Part shown: piece by piece, positions 11,773-24,164 of the stretch
Numbering within the stretch: position 1 is the stretch's first letter
Layout: each line of letters begins with the position of its first letter
NCBI RefSeq assembly: GCF_000315625.1
Contig: NW_005434602.1
Span: forward strand, 119,848-183,847
Direction of reading: 5' to 3'
From: Guillardia theta CCMP2712
Lineage: Eukaryota; Protista; Cryptophyta
Length of the DNA: 64,000 nt
Notes under the pieces: generated by a model
Seen by the model: the letters and a program-made list of their open reading frames with translations, nothing else
Databases searched by the model: none
Told to the model about the DNA's origin: nothing
Program-made: the position numbers and the translations under genes

Positions 11773-14540
11773 ATGAAGTGGAAGCCGTACTACTTCTTTT
11801 CCTTCGTGCTGCTGTCCATGCAAGTCCTCATTGTCCTCCTCCTCGGGACGGCCTGCATGAACAAGAAACCAGTCAAGTCTGTACAGTACAAATATATCTA
11901 CATCACGAGTGGTGACGACCTCCAGCAGCTCGAGCAACAGCTGGACCAGCAGGTTCCTCGCTCTCTCCCCATGCGCTTCGCCAACGTGTCTCTCTCGTTC
12001 TCTCGACATGCTGCACCTCAGAATCGCTCGCTGCTCTCTCCAGCCCTCGCGACAGGAGCGGACACGGCAGCTCGAATGGCACAGCCAAGTATGACGCCTG
12101 AAGAGGCTCATCCCGCGATGAACAAGCAGGCGGAGAAGAAGGTGGAGGAGCATCCGAGGGAGGAGAAGAAGGAAGAGCATGGGGGGGAGAAGGAAGAGCA
12201 TGCTGAAAAGAAGGAGCAGCATGTCGGGATGGAGGAGCATTCAGGGAAACCGGCGGAAGAGCATCGAAGCAACCGACAACGTGCGGACAAGAAGGAGGAG
12301 CAACGTGCGGACAAGAAGGAGCATGGCGGGAGGAAGGAGGAGAATGCAGAGAGGAAAGAAGAGCATCCAAAGGAGGAGCAACACATGAGGATGGATGAGC
12401 ATGCGGAGAGGAAAGAACAGCATGTGGAGAGGAAAGAACAGCATGTAGAGAGGAAAGAACAGCATGAGGAGAGGAAAGAACAGCATGTAGAGAGGAAAGA
12501 ACAGCATGAGGAGAGGAAAGAACAGCATGCGGAGAGGAAAGAACAGCATGTGGAGAGGAAAGAACAGCATGCGGAGAGGAAAGAACAGCATGTGGGGCAG
12601 CATGCGAACATCTCTGCAGCAGTCAACTCATCTTCTCTTCATGCCGTCGAGGCTCATCACCATGTTGAGCCTGAACTTCCTCCCCTTGAGCCGGACGTCC
12701 CAGTCGTTGTAACTGACGCACCCCGGGCCCACGGAGAGAACTCGATCCTGAGGCCCGAGACCGTCAGCTTGGAGTTCAAGTTTGCCCAGGAGGTGTTCGA
12801 CTATCCCGCTCACCATCTGCTCTACCACCTCCAGAAACCTGTCGCAACGTACGTGCGCGAGCTGCTTCCGGACAGTGTGGAAGGGACGGGGAGGGAGTAT
12901 GTTCTGTGGGACCGGGAGCGGTTCAAGAGGCGGGGGGGGCAGTACTGGAGAGGGAAAAGGAAGAAGAAAGGAAGCGACCCGTCAAAGATCCACAAGATCT
13001 GGGTATGGGGGGAGCGAAACAGCTGCACTACACTCATCACCTCCCTTCTCCGAGAGAACTTCAATATGAACTGCAGCAGCTCCGCTCCCTCCACCTGCGT
13101 CATCGGAGGCCTCCCTTGGAAGCATGGCTTCATGCGCAACGCGGGTAAGTGATAGTTTCCACCGCCTGTCTCGTGACGCTGCTGGCAGACCTCAGGGACC
13201 AGTCGAGGACCCTGAACCTGCTGGTAACGAGGAGCCCCTACGAGTGGATCGACTCGATGCACCGCCATCCCTTCTACGCTGAGATCCACAAGGGACTCAA
13301 CATGTCCACCTTCCTCTCCCGCGAGTGGATCACGTTCGACGATGCCTTCGACCGGGTATTCGCCGGTTACGAGCTCAACGAGCTCAGAGCGGCCAGGCGC
13401 GGCCTCAACTGCCACGACGACATCCGCCTGCACAACAACGAGACCTGCTTGTCAGGCGGCAAGAGCTTCCGATGTGTGGAGCTGCCAGGACTCAAGGCGG
13501 ACGTGCCATGGATCGTGAACAGCACACACTCCCCTCACCCCAGCTGCTTCCCAGGTCCCAAGAGCCACGCAGCCTGCGGTGACAGCTTCCTCTGCAGGGA
13601 CCTGGACCCTCGTTGGCTGCAGCACAAGGACCTGGGCTCATGGAGGAGAAACGTATCTGACTACATCCTCAACAGCGCTCTCCGTCCTCGAGGGATCTTC
13701 GTTCCCGACCACCCGAAGCTCAGCAGCGACCTTTCCCAGCTCACTTGCATCTCTTTCCGCTGGTACATTGTGAGCAGCGGGGACGAACTGCCGCCGGCCA
13801 AGTCTTGTCATGACGGAGACTCGTCGTGGGGCAAGTGCTCGGGGGGGCGATTCATGTGCCACGTCAACACGACTCGCTGGTGGGTGGCAGCCCCGCATCT
13901 GTGGACGGAGGTGATGAATCGGCTGCTGAGCGCGTCGCGACAGATCCGGGAGTATCTGTTCGCTCATCTCTTCAAGCCTCCGCTCGCCAGCAGCGAGAAG
14001 TTGGAGGACAGAGACGCGGACACGGGCGGGAGGTTCCCCAACATCCTTGCCATGCGGGCGGCGAAGCTCCGCGACTGGTTCCAGGTGGCAGACCAACACA
14101 TAGACTTCAGCTCGCATGTCGCCTGCCGCGACTTCTTCATCGACCCTCACGCTGTTCTCAACGAGCTCAGAGACGAGTTCGACCTCAAGCCCAGTCATCC
14201 GGAGTGGCAGCTGTCGCAGTGCATGATGATGTTCGGCAAGTTCTCGTGTCCTCAGCAGCACAGAGGCTATGAGTGGACGTCCAACCTGACTTCTGCCAAG
14301 AGGAACTACTACACTCAAGGTCACTTCGCTCGAGCCTTCAACCGCAACATCCTCAAGCTCATGTCTGCCTGGCTGGACCCTGAGCTGGAGAGCAGCCTAG
14401 GGTATCGCGTGCACGAGGACCTGAGGTCTCTCTCCGTCCCCTACACTCCCCTGACCCGATGTCGCGATCACCGCCCAGCTGTCAGCTTGACTTCAATGCC
14501 CTGCTACGGAAACTGCTCGAATCTCTGCCACAGCAGATGA
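11773..14540 (+). CDS. Type II membrane/secreted sulfotransferase-like protein with a heptad-repeat stem
   Basis: N-terminal hydrophobic anchor. 5'-PSB-like KIWVWGERNSCTT, PWKHGF, and 3'-PB-like LLVTRSPYEWIDSM, then NILAMRAAK. One 44-bp intron 13145-13188 (GTAAGT...GCAG) joins the two ORFs in frame. Confidence 0.7.
12400..12595 (+). repeat. Coding 21-bp tandem repeat (ERKEQH[V/E/A]), about 9 copies
   Basis: The unit gagaggaaagaacagcatgXX is repeated in frame. Confidence 0.95.
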
Positions 14541-15083
14541 CAGCATGCGCATGTTTTGATTGCTCCTCCTGCCCTGCTGCTATCTTCCTTTCCCCCCTCT
14601 CCATCTTGATCTTCATCTCTGACTCCCTCCCTCCCTCACTCACTCACTCACTCACTCACTCACTCACTTCCTCATCATATCCCTCCTTCCAAGTTCCTTG
14701 CTCTTCATGTTTGTATGTTGTCCTGGCATCATAAGAAATTTGCCGTATGAATGAAGTCATAGTTATGTTGTCTCGTCGTTTGGGTGGCCTACCATTCGTC
14801 CTACTATTTGAGGACTCATCTTCCGATTTGTGTCGTCTTAAGAGACCCCATCTATCTCCACTGTAAATGGGGGTGGTCTCGCTCCTGGGGTGGTGCCCAT
14901 CCGTTGATAATGGTAGCTATGACGGCGCCTGAAGACTCAGGCGAGGGGGAGGAGGAGGAGGGAGGGAGGAGGAAGGGGAAAGGAGGAAGGAGAGGACGGA
15001 GAGGAGGAGAAGATTCGCAAGCGGAAGGGGGAGGCAAGCGGAAGCGAACACGAGAGTGAACGGCGGCAGGGTAGACAACAACC

Positions 15084-18000
15084 ATGACGCAAGCGAGTCG
15101 AGTCAACGTGCGGCTGGAGGACCTGGAGGATGCGGTTGAGATGATCAACTGGATGTTCGATGAGACGAGCGATGTGTCTTGGATCATCTTCGGGTATGTG
15201 GTGAAACGAGGGGGAGGCACGACGTCGACCAAAGATGGGCAGAAGGAAATGATACGAGACGAGAGGATTCTGAGTGTGGAGGAGGTCGGATCAGGAGGCA
15301 TCGAAGTACTCAAAACGCGCCTGCCTGCCAACGAAGTCTCGTTCTGCGTCTACAACAACGCCAAAGGCACGTGTTTCGAGGATACGGTGCAGCATAGGAA
15401 GCACTACAACGAGGGGAGGAAGTGGAAACAGCTGGAGGTACAGAAGGAGAAGGAGAGGAGGAGGTTCAAGCGAGAGCGGCTTCACGAGTGGGCAGCTAAC
15501 GTGCAGGCTCTGTATCAGATGAGAGAGTGTCAACGACTGAAGGAGGTCTGTACAGAAGCTGGAATCTACATCCCCCCCGAGGTCAACATGGGGGATCCGA
15601 TCGTGATGATTGAACAGCTCTGCGCTGCCTCTCCGCATCTCAATCTTGTCTTCGAAGAGGCCCTTGACTCCATCGTCGAGGACTCGGAGCGAGAGGACGC
15701 CATGTTCGTCGCCTCCAGCAGGGTAGCCGAGTACATCGATAAAGTCAGCGCTGAGCACAAGAAGAAGGCTGAGGAGGAGGCTGCCAGGAAGGAGCTCTTG
15801 GCAGCCAAGAAGAAGTTGATCAGAGATCGCAGGAGGGGAGAGCATGACATCTACGGTCAGCTCAGGCGACGATCGTCCATCGCTGCTCCTCACGTCGGGT
15901 TCCATGCAGACACCGACAAGAAGGATCGCAAGAAGCCAACACCTCTCGTCGCTTCACGTCAGAATCATCCCATGAGCGTTGAGGTTAACAGCAGCTCTCC
16001 GAAGAAGACAGCGGAAGAGAGGAAAAGCGTCTCTCCCCATGACAAGCAGAAGAACCGCAGGCTGTCGACAGACAGCTTCTTTTCTGGAAGGACATCGGAC
16101 AGCACCCATGACGTCTTCGAGGACATGGAGGAGGACGACGAAGACGCTGCCTTCCAAAGGCAGATCGAGGAGGACGCAAGGAAGCTCGCGAAGGTCATGG
16201 AGTCCTCGGCTCTGAAGATTCAGGCGGTGGCTAGGGGCTACAACTCAAGGAAGCAAGTCAAAGTCTATCAGAACAGCCTCAACTCCTACTGGAGCGAAGA
16301 CCTCCTGCTAGCCCGGCAGATGAACGTCCTCGTCCTCTTCGTCTCGTCGCCGCCGTCAGCGCCAGTGAAGATGCGGGAGCATGCAGACTTCCACGTTCGC
16401 TTCATCCTTGACATCATCAACTGTGCCAACCTGCCAGCGTCAGCCCCGTCCGTCCTCCTGACGTCTGAGGGAGATGGAGGGTATGATGCAGGTTTGCCGT
16501 CCTCAGGGGAGGAGGAGGAGGAGGAGGAGGAGGAGGAGGAGGAGATGGTGGAAGAGATGAAGGAGGGAGTGAGGAGACCAGGGGCGAGGCTGGAGGAGCT
16601 GGAAAGGCGACTGAAGCGAGTGAGGCAAGATGAGCGGCTCATGTACCCTTGCGTGGTGCTCAAGGTGAACCAGTCTGATGATGTCTCTCCGCTCGCAGTC
16701 TCGCGAGCCATCTCATCGCTCTACTTCAAACCTCCTGACCTCTCCTTGAGCCCTCGCGAGTCTCCGCGGGTCAACTTGAGCTTCAAGGAGGAGGAGAGGT
16801 ACGAGAGGCTCCTCGAGCGGTACCCCAGCCTCCTCAGGGACGATGACGTCAGCACCAAGGACAAGCCTCACCTGACCCGCCAACGGACCTCCATCTCGAG
16901 CGAGAGCTCCCTCCAGCTGCGCAAGAGCTACAAGGGGCATGAGGTGGTGCTGGAGGAGTTGAGGTCGAAGCGCAAGGAGGTGAAGGAGGAGGAGGACTGG
17001 AGGAGCGGCAAGAAGAACGTTGATGACCTGCCCTCCCCCTTCAAGCTCCCCGAGTGGTGGCGCCTGACGTTTCCAGTCAGAGAGCGAGCAGGGGGTGCAG
17101 GAGATTCGCAGGGTCGCGTTGAGATGTACCAGCAGGCGGCACAAGTGAACGCGACTTTCGCTCCTCGTCCTCCGACCCTGAGGTTCCTGCAGCCCTGCAC
17201 CTCCCACCTGTCGGGGGTCCCGCCCTCGACTTTCGTGGAGGTCTACAAGCACAGGAGGGGAGGGAAGGAGAGCAGCATGCACGAGCCCGTTGAGAGCTTC
17301 CTCGTTAAGATCGCCAGGAGCTGCTCGCAGGAGACGTTCGTGCTGCGAGAGTTCGGCATCCTCCCCGGCTCGCTCGCGATCCTCTTGAACGGGCTCAACA
17401 ATCGGCTCTGCCAGCTCGACAAGCTTGACTTGAGCTGCAACAAGATCGGAGACGAGGGGGGGACCTTGATCGGCGAGTTTCTTGCGAGCAACAGAACCCT
17501 CAAGACTCTCGTCCTGCAGGGCTCCAGCATAGGCCCACCAGGACAGCGCGCCATCTTCGACGCTCTAAAGGGCAAGAACACCTCCCTCTCTTCCCTCGAC
17601 CTAGGCTGTTGCGGAGCTGGCAAGAACGTGTGCGGGGACGAAGGATGCCTGGCGCTCGCGGAGGCGCTCAGGAGAAACACGTCCCTTGCTCGCCTCAGCC
17701 TCTCTGCCAACCGGCTGTCACCCGGCATGATGAGCAGCCTCAGCAGAGGGCTCGGGAGGAACTTGTACCTCACCCAGCTGGACCTGTCGGACAACATGAT
17801 CCATGACGAGGGGGCTACCTCCCTTGCCCAGTCTCTCTCCCTCCTCCACCTCTCCGAGCTCTCCCTCTGCCGCAACTCGATCGCCTCCAGCGGAGCTGAG
17901 AAAATCGCGTACGCCATCGAGCTGGGAAAGCCCGGCATCACGACTCTCGACCTGTCAGGGAACGCGGTTGGCTACGGAGGCTGCAGGGCCTTTGCAGACA

Positions 18001-20834
18001 TTCTGAGCTACAAGAACACAGTGCTGACTGCCCTCAAGCTGCGCTCCTGCTCCCTGCAGTCGTCGGACATGAAGCCGCTGGAAGACTTCTGGGTCTGCAA
18101 GTTCGAGGTGACGCACACCAAGTGCGATGTGGTAAGGAAGGAGGAGAGGGAGGAGGGGAAGGGAGGAGGGAGGAGAGGGAGGGAGGAAGAGGCAGAGCAG
18201 TTGGTGGGTCTGACGAGCTTGCAGGAGGTAGAAGGCATCTTGCGGTATCCTCGCTCTCTGACCATGACCGACCTCTCCAAGAACGAGATCGGCGACAAGG
18301 GTCTCCTCCACCTCTCTCGCGTCCTCGCCAGCAACCGATCGATCCAGCATGTCGACTTGTCCTTCAACAGCATCGGCGACGCGGGAGCCTCAGCCTTGTC
18401 CTCCGTGCTGAAGACCAACGAGAGCCTTACCGAGCTTGACGTGTCATGGAACAACCTGCGGGAAGCAGGTCTCCACTCCCTCTGCTAGGGCTGTGGCAGT
18501 CGAAGTCGCTTGAGAAGCTCAACATACAGGGAAACAACGGGAAGGCGGTGGAGGCTGAGACTGTGATCCGAGCTGTGCGAGCCTGCTCGTCCCTCACTGA
18601 CCTCAGCATGGGGCACGAGGTCATCGCCTTCCATCATGACGTCACCATCAAGAGGCTTCTCGAGCACAACCGCCAGCAGGCGGCGAAGTCGCTCAGGCAG
18701 AGGCTGGAGGGTCAAGTCGCCGAGCTCAGATCAAAGTACGAGACGACCGACAAGGTTGTACGATCGTACAAGAGCAACAAGTCGAAGTTGACGGCAGTGA
18801 TCGCCTCCATCGAGAAGCTGAGAAACAAGAGGAAACGCCTGGCTGTCGACGAGGCGAAGAAGTTGTACAACTTACAGAAGGCGAAGATCGACGCGAGGGG
18901 GGAGAAGAGGAGAGTCGAGGCCGAGCTTGAGGTCTGCGAGAACGACTTGAAGGAGACAAGGGCGAAGTTGGAGGCTGAGCTGAAGGCGAGACAGCAGGAG
19001 CACGAGCAGTCGCTGAGAACTCTGAACGAGTGGCGACTGAGGCATGAGAACGCGCAGAAGCTGCTGCGAAATGCACAGGAGGACGCGAAGCTGCTGACGA
19101 GGAGGGTGCTGATGGAGCGAGACGCGTGCTCCGAGAAGCTGGAGTTCAGCCTTGTGCGCAAGCACAAGGCGCAGCAGTACCTGGCCTACTTCCTGCAGCA
19201 CGACTTCGATCAGAGCATGATGCAGCAACTCTCCGAGGCTCTTCACGAGATCTGCGACCCCGACGTGCCCGAGATGGCGGAGCAGATCAACAAGGAGAGG
19301 CTGGAGATCGCAATGCAGCTGTCCTCCATGGAGCGGGACGAGGGAAGGAGGAAGTCGCTGGTCTCGTATGCGAGGAGGAGGTCGTCCATTAGCGGCAAGG
19401 ACATGAGCATCTTTCAGAACTTCCAGCGGGACCTCGTGACCTCCGCCTTCCGCACGCTGTCGGGCAGTCACGACGAGGAGCTCATCAAGGATCGCCTGCT
19501 CCAGGCCTCCGAGCCCGCTGCCCGGAGGCATCTCAGCAAGCTGAGAACGTCCTCCTCATCCCATCCTGCCCAGCAGAAGAAGCTTGTCCGAAGGAAGTCG
19601 CCAACTAGGAGGACGCCTCAGGCTAGCCCCCGGTCGTTTGCTCGCTCCCCCTCCCAATCCTCTCCTCGCTCTCCGCTCCGCACTCCCTCTCGTGCCTCTC
19701 CCCGCTCCCCTCCTCGCTCGCCCTCCCGCTCCCCCGCCCGCTCGCCTTCGCTCTCCTACTTCACCCGCTCGCCCTCCCGCTCTCCTCGCCGATCGACGTC
19801 AAGGAAGGCGCTGGACGCTCTCTCGCCCGTCGAGCTCTCCCCTCGACAGGAGTCAGTCGAGGATCGCGACCTGGAGGAGGAGGACATGATGGTGGAGATT
19901 ATCCTAGAAGCTCCTCAAATGCGAGCGAGCAGGCGCCTACCGTCGACAGTCGAAGTCGAGATCCACGACGAGGACGTGACAGGAGGCCAGGCAGAGGAGG
20001 AGCCGGAGAGGGAGGAGGAAACGACGATGAGGGAGGAGGAGGAGACGGAGAGGCCCAAGAGGCTGCCGGAGGACAAGATCGGATCGATCAGGAAGGAGCT
20101 GGAGGAGCAGCCGAACGCGATGAGGCGGAGGCTCCGGACAGCCTCGCTGACGCCCATGATGGACCTGCGAGATTTTCCTCCTGTGCCCAAGAAACTTACC
20201 AGCAGCAACTCCTTCAACCTCAAGAGCTCCAAGACCCTCGTGATCGCCGCCATCTCGCACGATCTCAAGAGGATCCGAGAGCAAAGAGGGAGGGACAAGG
20301 ACAAGGCGGCTGCGAGCTCATCCAAGGCCGGAGAGCACAAGGAGGACGCAGGTGTGCCGACTCGCGCACTGCTGTGAAGCTGACAAGCTGCAGGAGGAAG
20401 CAGAGGAGCGGAGGAGGAAGAGGAGGAGACGCTGCCTGCCGTTCACGGCTACGTGTCCCGCGGGCTCATCGGCAGCCAGGGGATGGCGCAGCTGCTGGCA
20501 GGAGGGACAAGGCTGGACGGCTACCTGATGCGAGGGCTGGTGGCATGGGAAGTGAAGAACATCGAGAGGTGAGGGAAGGGGAGACTTGTCGTGTCGCTGA
20601 CGAGCACCAAGGACAAATCAGGAGAAGAGCTCGTGGGTGACGAGACTTCGGAAGCAGGTGAGGAGAGGCTGGGAAGAGACAGGTAGGAAGCTGATTGAGC
20701 GGCAGATGGTGGCGAAGGGGAGGGGCAGACATGGCTTCATGGAAGATCGACAGCTGAAGAAGTTAGCTGAAATGAGCGTCGTGAACAAGAAGTCAGCAGT
20801 GAACTTGACGACGAGCGTGAGGGCGAAGAAATGA
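15084..20834 (+). CDS. Large protein: ADF-H-like N-terminus, IQ motif, RNI-like leucine-rich repeats, coiled coil, RSPS-rich region
   Basis: WIIFGY..LSVEEVGSGGIEVLKTRLPANEVSF (ADF-H-like), SALKIQAVARGYNSRK (IQ), and more than 10 28-aa LRRs (LDLSCNKIGDEGG, LDLSDNMIHDEGA, VDLSFNSIGDAGA). Intron about 18132-18225; apparent 1-nt frameshift near 18485; terminal exons to the stop at 20834. Confidence 0.75.
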
Positions 20835-21153
20835 AGAAGATGGTTCTTTCAAACCTTTTTTCAGAAGTTGGATGGTTCTTGCCAATTTTTTTATTCCCGA
20901 AGAGAAATGAAGTTGATGGTTCACTCAAAACTTTATTCAGAAGCATCTCCTGCTCTCTTACTTGCCTTTCATTCACTGCAATCACGTGGGTCGCTGAAGC
21001 AATCAATATCGCTATCATTATTAACACAACAAGAACCAGCCCAAGAGGTAAAATCCCCGTAGGAATGCCGCGAGGTCCGTCAACGCCGCGGGGTTGATTA
21101 ACATTATCTTGATTCAGGTGATCGAATATACAAGTTTCCTCCCTCCAACGCCT

Positions 21154-24100
21154 CTACAGCCTCTGCTGCCTTGTCTTAGCAGCGTCAATACCTCCGAGGC
21201 TGCCCAACTCGTCGTTAGTCAACCCCACCACCTTCCCAGCTGCTACCTGAGGTGGGCTCTCCACCAGTTGAGGGAAGTCGGACCGGCAAACTCTGCTCAG
21301 CTTCTCGTAGCTGGGAGGCCGAGGCATGCCTCGGTTGCCGTGCTGAGCAAACAGTCAAGACCTCAAGAGAGCACATCAAGTCATGTCGTTACCGCAGCCT
21401 CTCGCACCAGATTGTTGTGCGAGTGCGTGCGCTGCATGCGCTTGCCCGTCACTCCATTCCCCTGCCCGCATGTGAGCTGCCACGAAACAGCAAGGAAGCG
21501 ACATCACAACACGAGACACACGGGCAGCAGGCATCTGCAAAACGAGATATCTCTCTCTCATATCTCCTCCTCACCTGCTCTATCGTAGGCTGCCCGGCAT
21601 GCATCGTGCCCATCGATTCTGGGATGCCCCTGCTGAGAAAGGCCAAGTCACCGCTGCCCTCCATGGCCATGGCGCGAGGAGTGGCCGTCCAGTTGTGAGG
21701 AGTCGGCGGAGCATTCGAACTTCGATTCAAGAAGTCGAAGTCGACCCCGAGGTTTCCGTTGGAGGTCGACTCCGGAGCTCCCTCCTCCTCACCCGGCCAT
21801 CCCTCGTTAGACTCCAGCACAGCATCCAATGAAGAGCTCGAGTACGCCCTGGGCATCATCCCGCCGAGTGACTCGTTCGAGACGTTTCTCGGCAACGTCG
21901 TTGCTGCCATCATCGACCCAAAAGATTCAGTAGAACTTGTGTGGTGCATGTTCTGGTCGAGCCCCTGAGAATTTGCTAGCAGGCTATTCAGAGAGTCGCT
22001 GTTCTCTGGCAGGCAATCGAGTCAAACACAAACAGATGACACGCAAGGTCAAGTACCATGACGAAGCATCAGCTCTCGCGCACTTCTTGCTGATAAAGGA
22101 ACACTATCTTTCCCCATTCTTGCGAGGTCCTCGAACCCTTCTCTTGAGTCCTCTCGGGACAAGGAAACGTCCTCAGCATTCGTTGGAAGCCCCTCTCGAT
22201 GACGATAACCATTTTCCCCGGAGAAGAGAAACGAGACATCCTCTGCATCGTCATCCTCCAACAGCTTCAACCAGGAATCCGCTACTGTCTGCACATCGTT
22301 GAAGTCGAAGCTCTGGGGAGTTGTGCTTCCTTCCGCTTTCTCATCATGGGCTCGCCTCGCCTTCAACAACATAGGCTCATCAACCTTGGTCTCACTCCCA
22401 CTGCTCTCAAGTTTGATCGGCTCCGCTGAGACGGGTGGGGCTTGCACTTGCTGCGGCGGAGTTGCGACAATGTCCTTGTTACTCGCTCTGCTTGTTGCTT
22501 TCGTTTCTGTTTCTACTTCAACTTTGACTGGATCTTCAGCCTCCATGTCCCTATCATCATCATTCGGCGATTCCGGAGAGTCAGCACCAGTAACAGCTCG
22601 TTTGTTGGCTTGCTGCAACAATTCTTCTTGTTACCGAGAAACAAGAACCCTTGCAATCTCACCTGCTCTGCTCTACGAACGCGGTAACGATAAGCTTTGC
22701 AATGTCGATGATTCTTGTCACACTCTCCTATTGCACAGCAGCACAATTTCCTGCAGACCGGACAGTGCCACTGACCACTAGTCGTAACAAAATGAGTTGA
22801 GCAGTTTCAAGAAATCAGGTCATACTTTATCCACGCGTTGCTCGTTTGAGGATTCACGTCATCACCGATGGATTTGCTCAGACAGTGTTCACAGAACCGC
22901 CTCGTACAATCCTTGTTGCAGCAAGCCAGCATGCCGCTCGCACGGACCTGAAGGAGCAAGTTGGGTCAGGCACGGGTTGACCGATAATTTTCAGCCTCAC
23001 CTTGACATGCTGACAGAAATGGCAGTACTTGTTGTGCTTCGCCGCTTGTAAAGAACTTGTACGTTGCGGAAGGTCAAACCGTCCAGCTAATGCACCAAAT
23101 CCCCCATGCATCCCTTCACAAAGACAAGTCAGGTGTCATTTCTTTAGATCGCCATGATCTGACAGGCAGCTTGTGAAGTCACATATGGAACACCCGGGTG
23201 ACCAGACAAATTTGCATACATGCCAGCGAAAGGAGTGTGCATTTTCATGGGACCTACAGTGCAGAAAGAGTCAAGATCATATTATAAAAGTGACAGTGTG
23301 TCGGCACCTTGATCCGCCCGCATCATTTCAGATTGATTAGGCATCAAACGAATATCAGTTGCATCTGCAACAAGCAAACGAGACAACAAGGAAAATTCTC
23401 TGTTCAGACGACGCACAAAGTCTACGGGGTGGGTATCACCTCCGGGCCGATGACGAAAGTCCATTTGGGCCATTTGCGCTTGAGCTAGCCTAACGTCATT
23501 CATTCTTGACGGCAGATCGCGAGCACCCTTGGGCAGGCCCTTCACAACAGATCGTGAGGACAGCAGGAGCAGGTGTGAACGAGGCACCTGCAGGGTCATG
23601 TCCCCGAAATCATGGAACTGATCGTCCATGGGGTGGAAATCCCTTTCTCTCGCCATGTATCCTGAGGTCACCCATCAGTTCACATTCAGTACTTGATTCA
23701 AGGTGGCATCATACCTGGTGGCATTTGTGGTGGATATTGACCAGGCATGAACTGCAAATAAATTTCATTTTTGATCAGAGGGAGATCTCTTTTGGTACCG
23801 GTGCTGAACGTGGCATGTACTTGCCTTCACCAGGATATCCTCCCTGCATCATTCTGTAGGACAATGAGCTACCAATATCCATCCCATAAGGATAATTTAA
23901 CCCATTGCCGTGAGCAATCCCCATTTCCTCCATTGCCAACCGCCTCCCATTCATTTCGGGAGGATACCTTGTGAGACACAAATCAATCGGGTCAAGTTTT
24001 CGAATCGGTTCACCATACCTGTCCATTTGTTGCATTGTACCCGTCAGTGAATTCTCGAGCATTTGTTGTCTAATCTGTGCTTCGGAGTACGATTGCATCC

Positions 24101-24164
24101 TTGCCCAATTCTGCAACGATTGCGACCCGCCACCCTTGGGCGGAGACGAGGCCAGAGAAGACAT
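21154..24164 (-). CDS. zf-4CXXC_R1-like (CDCA7/JMJD1-type) zinc-finger protein, paralog 1
   Basis: Spliced KHNKYCHFCQHVK|..MLACCNKDCTRRFCEHCL..|GQWHCPVCRKLCCCAIGECDKNHRHCKAYRYRVRRAE, flanked by M/G/Q-rich and acidic low-complexity exons. Gene ends are approximate. Confidence 0.7.
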
